Below, piece after piece: positions 47,769 through 59,518 of a stretch of 64,000 nucleotides of DNA (its first letter is position 1; every line of letters begins with the position of its first letter). The stretch is from Hydrolagus colliei (Eukaryota). The stretch is from contig CM068742.1 in assembly GCA_035084275.1 (NCBI GenBank), forward strand, positions 21,514,001 through 21,578,000. Reading direction: 5' to 3'. Below the pieces are notes generated by a model. That model did no database searches and was not told the origin of the DNA. It was given only the letters and a program-made list of their open reading frames with translations. The position numbers and the translations under genes are program-made.

Positions 47769-48064
47769 AAACAAAAACAGAAATTGCTGGGAACGCTCAG
47801 CAGATCAGGCAGCATCTATGGGGAAAGGAATGAGTCAATGTTTTGAGTATCTGGCCCTTATATCGCGCCCTTCAAGGACTAAGTTAGTCCTTAAAATTTA
47901 GTCCTTAAAAGCCTCTCCCTCCCAACATTCCCTAGTTCTGACAAAGGGTTGTGGACCCGAAACTTTGACTCACTTTTCCTTTCTCTATAGATGCTGCCTG
48001 ACTTGCTGAGTGTTCCCAGCTATTTCTGTTTTTGTTTCAGATTTCCAACATCAGCAGTATTTTG
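47769..48064 (+). mobile_element. Penelope-type inverted-pLTR insert (large hairpin)
   Basis: Left arm 47769-47847 (AAACAAAAACAGAAATTGCTGGGAACGCTCAGCAGATCAGGCAGCATCTAT...) is the near-perfect reverse complement of 47956-48037. Ends CAGATTTCCAACATCAGCAGTATTTTG and carries a hammerhead motif. Confidence 0.82.
47934..47970 (+). ncRNA. Minimal type I hammerhead ribozyme motif (degenerate)
   Basis: AGTT-CTGACAA-A-GGGT[TGTGG]ACCC-GAAA-CTTT-GACT. Stems I and II pair. The core differs from CTGACGA and GAAACGT only at two CpG guanines. Confidence 0.75.
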
Positions 48065-48148
48065 AGTTTTCATTTAGGTTACATTAATATTTGCAACAAA
48101 AATCAGAAATAACTGTTAAAAACAAATTCTGCTTGCATATTTTCTCAG

Positions 48149-48172
48149 ATATTCATTAAGACAACTACGTAA
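48149..48172 (+). CDS. MGAT4B-like: MGAT4-family terminal coding exon (IFIKTTT-stop)
   Basis: gcatattttctcag|ATA TTC ATT AAG ACA ACT ACG TAA. Matches the MGAT4B end IFLKKAD* in length and pattern, phase 0. A short exon, so less certain. Confidence 0.8.
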   Translation: MFIKTTT

Positions 48173-48770
48173 CTGCAAGAAGGAAATTCCACCCTTCAAA
48201 AATACTCCATCGGTATTTTCTCTTCAACCAAGGAAGTTTGATGGAGATGAATTTCTTCTACCACTGTGCTGCCTAGTGATGCCACATTAGAAGGACAATT
48301 AGGTCATGTTCATCAAACCTGAACCAGAGTAGACAGTAGGTGGGGCTAATTAATTGTAGAGACATTGAAGATATGCAAATAATTTAAACATAAACTTTTT
48401 AAAATATGTTGAACTTATTTATAATATGCTGAATTTGTTTTTCCTATTTTGCTTCAACAAACAAAATTTGCGGCTCTCTCTTTATGGAGAGAGCCGGGGA
48501 ATGGGATTGACTTTGAATAGCTCTTTTCAAAGAGCCGGCACAAACTTGATGAGCCGAATGGTCTCCTTTTGTGCTGTAAAATTCTATGATTCTATGAAAC
48601 CTTTACTCTCACTAGGAGGCTTTTAAAACAAGAAAGGTGTACCATATTTTAATGAAAACTTAAATTTTCTTGCCAGCAAGGAAAAGGGTTGATGAACTTT
48701 AAAAACAATTCAATCGAATTTGATTTTAGAATTATCTTTAAAGTGAAGTAGAGTGTCATGCTGAAATGGG

Positions 48771-48924
48771 GAGATCAGAGAGGTAGGGGGGTGCAGAAGA
48801 GTGGAGGGATTTGAAAACAAGAGTGAGGATCTTGAAGTTGATCCTCTCAGGGATAGGGAACTAGTGAATTCTGGCAAGGATTGGGGTAATGGGGGAGCGA
48901 AGTTTGGTGCGAAGTTTCCGTGTT
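48771..48924 (-). mobile_element. L2 fragment duplicating 46849-47003
   Basis: Near-identical sequence and the same non-L2 end (GGAGCGAAGTTTGGTGC(A/G)AAGTTTCC). Confidence 0.8.
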
Positions 48925-50209
48925 CCATAATGTTTAATTTCATTTGGAATGTTTAATTTCAGAACACTGCTGCCAATCCCCTCCAAGATCTGTCAATGAG
49001 ATCTTGGGGTTGGACTGAAATGAAACATGCTGGTTGATTTGTCTGTTCTTCGCATGATCTTCTGACAACAGTCAGATATGTGAGAAAGCAAAGAACTTTG
49101 ACAACAAGTCTTGGACTGTAAAACAAATTGCATGCACAACACCACACGGAGCCAATTTTTGTGTACAGGCAGATTTTTTTGATATGTAAAAGTAGACACA
49201 CAATTTTGTATTAACATGATCTCTGATTACGAAGCACCCACCATCACAAGCAAAGGGAAGTCAAGATTTTCAGTTTAAATTCTGTCAATTGGTTTTAGTC
49301 AAGCAAGTGTCTGCCACATGTGGAAACCCATCTCCTTGATTAAGAATCGCCTGCAGGGTGCATTGTGGGGCTACTAAGGATTTTAATCAGCTAAACCTGC
49401 TCACCTTACCATTGGAAATACTGGATACAAGACAAAATTACATTTGTAAAACACCTTTCGCATCGAGAGGCTGTCCCAAGTTTCTCAAGTTGGGAAACTA
49501 CTTGTCCAAATAAAACCCATTAGGACTTTGGCTTTCAGATTTAACTGGAGCTGGGAAAAATTCCAGCCCACAATCAGCTTCTCAAAGTCCGCTAATGAGC
49601 CAGACCAACTGGTTACAGATCTGTCTGGTTTATAAACCCGCTTACCAAACCTGCAAAAAAGAATCAACTCAATTTCATTATTCCATTGCCAGGCAAGTCA
49701 AAGCTGCCCCAAAAAGGATAGTGGTTAGTTATTCATAAGACATCTGATTTTTGACAGTGTCATTCCATAATTCCATTAACTTTCCTTGAAATGGATATGA
49801 TTGTTATCTTCAAGCCATCATTCCATCTGACTTGAGTTTGGTTCAGCCATCTGTCTGGAAGCTGCCTAAGATCATGTCAATGAGGAAGGCATTGGCAGTT
49901 AGGATAATAAACCTTATGAGATCAAGTGTTCAACCACTTCAGATATTGGTCTATTACAACTAACCAGTTTTAGTTTTTTTCTAATGTAGGTCTCAAACCC
50001 CTGACCGTTCATTTTAAAATCTACCTGAGTTTGCATAGCAATAACTGGTCTTTAGTCTGATAACATGGCATGACAAAAAACAATAATTTAATGCTTCCGT
50101 TGCAGTGTTGATGTTTCTGGGATCAGATTGCATATGAAGTTTTAGTCACGAAGATGTAGGATATTGAAGTCATTGTATTGTTATACATTGTCAAAGTATG
50201 TCAATACTT

Positions 50210-50700
50210 AACACCAAGCTCTGTGACCACATCACTCCCACCCTTGCCTGTCTCCATGGGCTTTCCATCCCCCAGAGGATCGAATTCAAGATCCTCGTCC
50301 TCACTTTCAAGGCCAGTCATGTCCCCGCCTATCATTCCGACCTGGTTTCCCCCATGAAGCTACACACCCCCTCCGTTCAGCAGGCTCCGGTCTGCTCCAT
50401 GTTCCCCCCCGACCTGCCCTATCATCTCTGCCCCCACACTCTGGAACTCCATCCCACAGTCTCTTCATCTGGCTTCCTCCCTTGCCTTGTTCAAGGCTGG
50501 TCTCAAGACCCTCCTCTTCGATCATGCCTTCTGCTGCCCTCCCAACTCTCTCCCTCTCCTCCTAACTCACTCCCGCCCCTCCCCATACCCTTCCCCTCCC
50601 CCTTGCTCAGGTTCCGACCTGACTGTACAGCTCCTTGGGACGTCCTCCCGACATGAAAGACGCTCTGTTAATGTAATTTTGTTGTTGGTGTACGTTGTTG
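50210..50700 (+). mobile_element. L2-type LINE 3' fragment
   Basis: [29 protein letters not shown] and an L2 3' end with (ttg)n tail. Confidence 0.85.
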
Positions 50701-51287
50701 TCAGCTTCCCAAAAAGAGCACCTTTTCAATCCTTTAATTGCAATATACTGTTAGATATTTAATTTTTTTTAAGTTGATGCTTTTCACTGATAGTCAACTA
50801 TTTCATATCACAAGTTTCTTATGTTTCTTGTAATTAGTTGCTGAGTAATGCCTCAGACCTGAATATGTTTCAGTGGAAAAATAAAATCAACCTAAATCTC
50901 TTTCATTTTTTACTATTCACATTTTCAAATTCACTGCACACTGAACGATGGTTTGAGAAGACATAGTAGCTACTGCATTTGGCATGTGACTATTTTGTTT
51001 GGAAAACCCAGGTGAAGACAAAGTCAACAAAACATTCCATTCCATTTTATACTACCGTGTACCAGAAATAACCATATATTGATTTGGACATTATCTGCCC
51101 TAATATTCTCTATTAATTTTCCTCTTTTCAAGACAGTGACTTATTCTAAGAACGGGCACCAATAGTCTCAAATTAACAAAAGTGTCCCGAGATACAATTT
51201 ATCTTGTGTGAGCTCTAATAATTAACGTCAGCAAACAATCTGACCATTGTCAAAAGATTAGATTCAAGCCTAGTATCTTAGTATAGG

Positions 51288-52610
51288 TAAACCTCTATTT
51301 AGGACGGGGTTGTGTTCCTGAAAAACTGTATCTAGATCGAAAAGTCCTAAATCGAAACGCGATTTCCCATGCGATCCCATTATATAACCAGAGATGCGTT
51401 CTTTTCACAAAATATTTGGGCCTTAAACCCACGGCATACTGTAACACGCAAAACCACACAGCATTACACACAAAACCACACAACGTAACACACATAAGAC
51501 AAGAAGGGGTACTGGGGTAACTACAGTATTGTACTTTAATACAGGTATCCCGCCCCAACCACGGCCTCGTCAACCCCGAAATTCATGCATCCACGGTTTG
51601 CTAAATGTGACAACCTTTGCAACCGCGTTTTGCGCATCTGCGATTTAAATCCACGGGTTTAAATTTTCAAGTTTCACTCCTCCAAACATGGGACCACATT
51701 CATCCGCGTATTGGTGTGTATTCATCCGCTCTGCATTTCCCGCCTATCAGCATCTACTGATTTCTACCCCACATGGTCTAGCTGCACTCGTGGATCTAAA
51801 GGGACAGAGTGTGTGCGAACAGCTAGCATATGGCACTAGGACCCAGTTTGCGATGTTGCAATCAACCAGCGACAATGCTTCTCGTTTAGGATTAAGATAA
51901 ATACAGTAAAATGAATTTATTGTCGCTTCTCCATAGCCTAGCTAGTAAGTTTGGGAGCATTGCCTGCCAGGATCTGCAGATCTCTCTCTGTAAGTTCTCT
52001 AACCCCACCCCCCCTTCTCTCTCTCACCTCTCTCTGACTCACCTACTCTTCCCCGTCCACTCTCTCACCCCCCCACCTTCTTTCTCTCACATTCTCTCTC
52101 TGACTCACCTCTTTCCCCTACCCCCCCTTCCCCTACCCGCCCTTCTCTCTCACCTTCTCTCTCTGACTCACCTTCTGTTTCCACCACACCCCACTCCTCC
52201 ACCCCTCCTTTTCTCTCATCTTCTCCAGCCCTCCTTGTCAGCCCCCCCAGCCCTCCGTGTCACCCCCCCACCAACAGCCCTCCGTGTCACCGCTCACCCC
52301 CCAGCCCTCCATCTTACCCACCCCAGCCCTCTGTGTAACCCCTCCCCCCCAGCCCTCCATGTAACCCCTCCCCCCAGCCCTCCATGTAACCCCTCCCCCC
52401 CAGCCCTCCGTGTCACCCCCCCCCCCCCCTCAGCCCTCCGTGTCATTCCCCCCCCCCCCACCCTCTATGTTTCGGATAGGGCCCTGCATTTCCCAACCGC
52501 GAAAAAGTAAACCTACTCCCCATATCCCCATGTTTCCCATTGGGGCCTGCATTTTCCAACCACGATTTTTCCAACCGAGGAGGTTTACAGGAATGTATCC
52601 CCGTGGTTGG
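51288..52610. mobile_element. Tigger/MER2-like DNA transposon ends with internal C-rich minisatellite
   Basis: TAGGTAAACCTC...GGGGTTGTGTTCCTGAAAA (51288) and TA-CAGGTATCCCGCCCCAACCACGG (51542). The right end has GGAATGTATCCCCGTGGTTGG (about 52590-52610). Repeated CCAACC(A/G)CG boxes and an approximately 20-bp CCCCCAGCCCTCCGTGTCAC unit at 52240-52455. Confidence 0.45.
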
Positions 52611-54759
52611 CAAACTTTAATACAATACACTACTGGCAAACTTTAATACTAGCAGTGTGACAGTGGTAGTGGAACTTGCAGCTTCCCCACTCATCTTGAT
52701 GTTGTGGAGCCCATAGCGTCTTTTAACTTTTGAAACCACCCTCTGCTAGCACTGAAAGATTGTGCTGTTGAGCCTTCTCCTTCCTGATCATTTAACTCCC
52801 TAAACAATTATTTTGCCTTCTCTTGGATAACCAGGGTGTTGAGTGATATATTACGCTGGTTCTGATCCTCAATCCAGACATTCTTTCTATGTGTTCCATC
52901 ACATCACTCCTATGTTTGCTAATCTGCTTGCACCTGTAACACACCTTGAACTTGCCAGTATATTGTCCATATTCTGTTTTATAGTAGCCACCATCGATCT
53001 AGCTAGCCGGTTAAAACGCATGCCGGGTATTCGGCTAAAAGCAGCAAAAAAAATTAAAAAATACATTTTTCTGGATAAATTCCGATTAATCGAATGCGGA
53101 CCTTTTTTTGGATGTGCCGGGTTATACGGAAGTTACAATCAGGCTGTATTATCTGCTCCATCACAGTCTTCATCCTTTCCAAAACACCTTGGCCAAGATC
53201 TTGTAATCTACATTGAGTAACGATACTGGCCTCCAATTTCTTATCACCTCTTTTTCCCTTTTTTAAAAAAAAAATCACTCCCAGGTCAGGGTTAGAGACA
53301 CAGTAAAGTTCCCTCTAAACTATCCTTCCACACAGCCAGGTTTCAGGCAGAGTAACTCTTATCTCTGAATAACAACAACAATGTGTATTTATATAGCGCC
53401 CTTCACGCCAGGCTGCATCTCAGAGCGCTTCACAGTGGCGGAGCCCAAGGGCGAAAGGTGACCGTAAGCACGGTCAAAGAGAAAGGTCTTCAGGCACAAC
53501 CTGAAGATGGGGAAGGAGAAATTAATGTGAATGTGACTCTCACTGCTGTGCATATGCGCACATGTGGGTCTGTGCATGTCTGTTTATATGTGAGTGCATC
53601 TGTGTGTGTTTCTCATACTTACTGTCTTACTCTCTGTCTGAGTCTCTCTCTCTCTGGGAAGAGGCAGTGAAAGAATTCACCCTGTGTCTGTTCCAGTATG
53701 TCTCTGTCTTGTTGTGTTCATGTATGTGTGTGTGAATGACTGGGAGATACAAGATCTTTGTGCCATGGCTCCCGAGCTGGGGGGTTGGGTCCACGAGTAG
53801 GTGAGAAAGGGAAAGATGATCAAAGTCTTAGCCAAAGAGGAAGGTCTTGAGATGGAACTTCAAAGAAACGAGGGAGGGGCCCAGTCAGAGGGATTCTGGG
53901 ATGGATTTCCAAATGGATAGGCTGAATGCCAGACGGCCAAAGGTGAGGCAGGGGATATGACGCACACATTCTGCAGTCCCCAGGTCTTTGGTCTTGCTCC
54001 TAATACTCTCTAGAATTTGGTGAGTGGGTGCATCCCTCCAATGAGAGAGTACACATTCCATTATAATAAATATCTCAGTAATTTCCAAGTGTAGGTGGGA
54101 AGGATGGAATTCTCGGCTTGGTTTTGGATGCTCTTACATATGGTGACTGGGTTTCTCCATGTGTCAGATTCCCAGCTGACCAAAACACATTGCCCCCAAA
54201 AACAGCCAAGTGCTTTGTGAATGTACTCACATGAGGTGCTGCAAAATACAATCATTATTATATATGATTCCAGGGACGAAAAGCCGAAGGTTTGTGTCTC
54301 CTGGTTTACACGAAGCACTTCACACAGAAATTGATGATCACCTGCCCAGGAGATGCTCCAGTCGGTCACACTCTTCCTGTATGTATTTTACAACCTGTGT
54401 TTGACCTAACAGTGGAGGGAAAATTGTGAAATTTTTGAACATATTGTGTGAAAATACTCACAAATAATCACATTCAGTGTGTTCTCTCCATGTGGAAACT
54501 TCAGTGACTGATGACAGGCGACTGTCTGGTGTCACACACTTTGTTTGTCTAAAGATGTTTAATCCTAAACCTAACATTAAGGGCAGCACAAAAACAGGCA
54601 CATTTTCTGTATTGTGTACATCAGCACATTACTGGCCTGAACTTCAAAGATTTGAAAAGTTAGTATCAGTTTTATGGGTATGTTTGTCACGGTTCAGTGT
54701 TCAGTGAGAGGGGAACATCTTCCCTAAAAACTGCCAGTGAGTGAAAAATCACAGACAGC

Positions 54760-55345
54760 ATCACATCCCTCCCCCCACCCCTCTTCTTCCCTCACTCCCT
54801 TTCCCCACTTTCTCTCCCCCCCTTTCTCCCCTTCCCTCCCTCTTCCCTCTTACCCCCCTTCCTCCCTGATCTTGCCCCCACCCACCTTTCCCTCCCTCTC
54901 TCCCTTACCACCCTTTCTCCCTCCTCTTCCTCCCTGACTTTACCCTACCCCACCTTTCCCTCCCCTTGCCCTCTTTTCCCCCTTTCTCCCCTAGTCCCAT
55001 TTCCAAGACTTTGTGGGACAATGCTGTGCACAATTTGGCTGCCGTGTTTCGCCCACAAATATACAGTATTCTTTTCTGCTCTCCTTCCCCCTACCCCGAC
55101 CCCACCCCTTGCCACCTTTCCCCTCCTTTTCCCCAAATTCCACTTCCATGAATGTTTGTAGGACACTGCTGTGCGCAATTTGACTGCTGTGTTTCGCCAA
55201 CAAATATACAGTCAATTTTCCTACTCTTCTTCATCCTGCCCCGAAACCTCCCCCACTGCTCTTGTCCCTACCTGACTGTACAGCGCCTTGGGACATCATC
55301 TCGATGTGAAAGGCGCTATATAAATGTAAGCTTTGATTGATTGAT
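54760..55345 (+). mobile_element. CT-rich / double Deu-core SINE variant with alternative L2 tail
   Basis: Pyrimidine tract, Deu cores at about 55010 and 55155, then CCTACCTGACTGTACAGCGCCTTGGGAC...GAAAGGCGCTATATAAATGTAAGC(TTGA)n. Confidence 0.7.
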
Positions 55346-56059
55346 CTAAAGCTTGATCCATAATCTAATATATTTATTATTAGTGTGCTATATTCTGATA
55401 TCTCACACTGAATATTTAATATTATCATTGTTGTATCTCAGACATCACATATACTGAATATTTATTATTGTCCTATCTCTGATATCTCACACACTGAATG
55501 TTTAAAATTGTTAATATTTTGTGCTCTGATATCTGATGAAATTCCCCTCCAACCTGGTCATGAACAGTATGTGTTTCTTTTGGACAGTGTCTGGATCCAA
55601 CAATTCTCTGTGGAAACTGGAATATTACACAGATAAAAGTTTAAAAACAAAAACACGCATTTGTTGTCAGTGTACAGTGAGAGAAAACTATTTTTTTCAG
55701 CATTTTATCAGGTCATAATGTGGTCTGGCAGCACTTTATAGTGATCACTACTGTGTGACTGTCTCTCGCTGGGAAACACAGTGAGGTGCTGAGCACAGGA
55801 ACATGAAGGAATATTAATCTGGGGAATGTTTATCCCGGACACTGGGAGAAACATTCTTCTCTTTCCCATCAGCTTCAGCTTCACGGGATCTTTGTTTTCC
55901 TGGGACAACCTCCCCACATGATGTAATTTTATTATTGTTGTTTTACATTGGCAATCAGTGATTCCCTCATTAAACCACAGACCATAGGTCTTTGGGTCTG
56001 AACGGCTGAGACCTCAACCCATCGTTATGGACATTAATTATTGAGGTTACTAAAGGACA

Positions 56060-57355
56060 GCCAGCAAGGTTAATAAAGGACAACAAGCACAGATTTGCTA
56101 AAGGCAAATCTTGCCTGACGAATCTGATAGAATTTTTTGATGAGGTAATGGAATGGGTGGAAGAGGGTAGTGCAGTCGATGTAGTTGATATGGACTTTCA
56201 AAAGGCATTTGACAAAGTGCCACCTGAAAGGCTTATAAAGGAAATAAAGACCCACGGCGTAAAAGGGACAGTGGCAGCATGGATCCAGAACTGGCAGGGA
56301 GACAGAAAGCAGAGTGTTGTGGTGAACGGCTGCTTTTTTGACTGGGGGAATTGTATGGTGGCGTCCCTGAGGGATCAGGACTACTGTTCTTTTTAATTTA
56401 TATTAATGATCTGGACTTGGGTATAGGGAATACCATTTTGAAGTTTGCAGATGACACAAAGTTAGGAAAAATAGTAAATAGTGTGGAGGATAGTAGACAT
56501 CAGCAAGAAGATGTAGACCAAATGGTAAAATGGGCAGACACATGGCAGTTGAAGTTTAATGTAGAGAAATGTGAGGTGATGCATTTTGGGAGGAGAAATG
56601 ATGGGAGGCAATATAGGCTCGGTAGTGCAATTTTAACGGGTGTGAAGGAACAGAGAGACCTGGGGGTTTGTGTGAGTGATTCTTTGAAGGTGGCAGGACA
56701 GGTAGACAAGGCTATCAAAAAGCATACGGGATACTAGGCTTTATAAATATGAGCATAGAGTACAAAAGTCAGGAAGTTCTAACAAAACTCTGTAAAACTT
56801 TGGTTAGGCCTCAGCTAGAGTACTGTGTATGATTCTGGACACTACACTTTAGGAAGGATGTAAAGGCATTGGAAAGGGTGCAGAGGAGATTTACTAGGAT
56901 TGTATCAGGAATGAGGGACTTCAGCTATGAGGAAAGGCTAGAGAGGCTAGATTTATTCTCATTGGAACAGAGAAGGTTGCAAGGAGACCTAATAGATGTT
57001 TTTAAGATCATGAGGGGATTCGACAGAGTAGGAGGGAAAAACTGTTTCAACTGGTGGGCGTATCAGTGACTCATGGTCACAGATTTAAAATAGTTTCAAA
57101 AAGAAACAGAGGAGATGAGGAGAAATGTTTTCACCCAGCAAGTTGTTCAAATCTGGAATGCATTGCCTGAAAAGGTAGTGGAGGCCGATTGGATAACAAC
57201 TTTTAAAATAGAGGTAGACGTTTATTTTGGGAGGACGGGTGTGCACGGTTATGGAGAGAGAGCTGCGGAGTGGGATTAAATTGCCCTTTGTAAATAGCCG
57301 GCAGACTTGATGGGCCGAATCGCTTCCTTTTGTGCCATAAGATTTCATGATTCTA
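56060..57355 (+). mobile_element. CR1-type LINE RT to 3' end
   Basis: GKSCLTNLIEFFD, MDFQKAFDKVP, KFADDTKL, QRRFTRIV, GDLIDVFKI and a ttctaaga tail. Confidence 0.92.
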
Positions 57356-57867
57356 AGAAGGGATTTCTCTGTCTTACCATTCTCTAGCATTAGATGGTGA
57401 TAACCAGACCTAGGGACTGAGGAATAAAATTACTGTCATGGGATTTAGTCTTTATTGATATCAACACAGGACAAGGAATAAAAACCTATTTGTCACTTAT
57501 AACACAACACTGAGGAAAAGCTTTTGAGTTGTGACACAAGGCTTTGTTGTTGTTCTTGTTGAAAAGTAAGATTTTGTACAGTGAATATTGTCCTCACTTT
57601 CAAGGCCATCCCCGCCCATCTCTCTGACCGTGCCTTCTGCTGCCCTCCTAACTCTCCCCTGGGAATCCCAGAGGGATCCACCCTGTTTTTATCCAGGGAA
57701 TAAGTGGTTTCCTGCCAGGTTTAAACTGTAGATTTCCATCCCTGGCCCCAGCTGTCAGTGTAACCTGTGTCATTTTTATCAAAGGATGGAATGTCTCTGT
57801 GTATATTTAATATTAGAGAGCACATGGCTGAGTGTGTTGCACTGGGAGCCAACAATTCACAGCAACA

Positions 57868-57881
57868 CCGCCCCCTGCTGG
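57868..57881 (-). promoter_or_regulatory. Consensus CTCF-binding motif
   Basis: Minus strand CCAGCAGGGGGCGG fits the core CCASYAGRKGGCRS at all 14 positions and lies in non-repeat DNA. Motif match only. Confidence 0.55.
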
Positions 57882-58069
57882 TCACAGCCCTTCCCCGCTC
57901 ACCCAGCCTCTTCCTCTTCTCCCCAGCCCCTCCTCCTCTTCCTCCTCAGCCTCTCCTCACCCAGCCCCACCCCACTCACCCAGCCCCGCTCCCCCCCCCA
58001 ACCAGCCCCATCCTATCTGGTGTCAATCGCAGATTCTCAGCCATTCAGAGTATTTCTCGCCGTGTTTCG

Positions 58070-59515
58070 AACAACAACAATAACAACAAAATGACATTTG
58101 TATAGTGCCTTTCACGTCAGGAGGACGTCCCAAGGAGCTGGATTGTACAGACTGAAGAGGATAAATATAAGCCAGGCTTCTATCTGTGTCCAGTGCTGTG
58201 AGGATAGGGATAGCAGAACTACCTAGGGAGGACGTCCCAAGGCACTGAATAATCAGGTCAGGACTTGAGCAAAGGGGGTAAATAGGGTAGGACAGGGGGG
58301 AAACGGGAGGGAGAGAGTTAGAGCACAGTCGAAGACATGATCGAAGAGAAGGGTCTTGAGACTGGCCTTGAAGAAGGCAAGGAAGGAAGCCAGGTGAATG
58401 GACTTGGGATGGAGTTCCAGAGTATGGGGACAGAGAGAATGAAGGCCCGTCCACCGATGGTAGAACGGGTTGGATGGGGGTGAGGTTCTAGGAGCAAACG
58501 AGAGCCTGCTGAATGGAGGGAGCATGCAGATTCATAGGGGGACATAGGGGGATCTGCTGGGGATGAGGAGCCAATGGAGCCAGGCAAGGGTGGGAGTGAT
58601 GTGGTTGGGGAGCTTGGTGTAGAGTTCTGGATGATCTGAAACTTGTGGAGGGAAGAGCTGGGAAGACTGACAAGGAGGGATTTTCCATGGTCGAGCCTTG
58701 ATGTGACAAATGCATGGACTAAGGTTTTGGCAGCATGAGGGTTGAGGCAGTGGCAGAGTCTGGCAATGTTGTATAGGTGGTGGAAGGCAGTACTGGTCAT
58801 GGCATGGATGTGGGGGAGGAAAAACAGTTCAGGATCAAACAAGGTGCCCAGGTTCCTGACTGGCTTACAGAGGTGGAGAGTGCAGCCTTGGAAGCTGATG
58901 CTGTCAGCTCCTGAGGTGTGGCGGCGTTGACACGAGTCAATCAGGAGGGCATCAATCTTGTGGACATTCAGCTGGAGAAAATTGTCCCACGACCAGGACT
59001 CAATGACAGACAGGCAAGCAGTCAGGACGCTGGTAGTCCCGGAGTTGAGGGTGAAAGTGGAAAGGTAGAGTTGGGTATCATCTGCATACATGTGGAAATT
59101 TATCCCAGATGAAGTAGGGTGAAGAGGAGGGGACCAAAGACAGAGCCTTGAGGAATGCTGCACGAGACGGTGCGGGGGCTGGATGAAAAGCTATTGGTGG
59201 ATACAAAATGAAGGCTGTGTGAAAAGTAGGACCGGTTGCAGTCAAGGACAGAACCTTGAAGATTGAGGTTGGAGGAGAGGCAGTGGAAGAGGGCGGTGGA
59301 AGAGGATTGAGTGGTCCATGGTGTCAATGGCGGCAGATAGGTCGAGGAGGACGAGGAGGCAGAGGGAGCCCTGGTCACAGATGGTCAGGATATCATTTGT
59401 GACATTGACCAGAGCAGTTTCTGTGCTGTGAGCAGAACAGAAGCTGATTGGAGGGGCTCACGGAGGAAGTGGGATGACATAAAGTAGCAAAGCTGGGAGG
59501 CAATGACTCTTTCAT
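58070..59515 (-). mobile_element. L2-type LINE RT to 3' end, with deletions
   Basis: Minus ORF with [33 protein letters not shown]; [13 protein letters not shown] upstream. Confidence 0.88.
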
Positions 59516-59518
59516 GAT

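Noticed and set aside
52996-53135. CpG-rich segment ending GTGCCGGGTTATACGGAAGTTAC, like a Tigger MITE end
   Set aside because: There is no matching opposite TIR or TA duplication, and it is too short to call.
55777-55803. RSS-like CACAGTG + 11 nt + ACAGGAACA after a HYC...W frame
   Set aside because: The spacer is 11, the nonamer matches only 6/9, and the upstream frame has a stop and lacks the V-domain DxAxYYC and WYxQ motifs.
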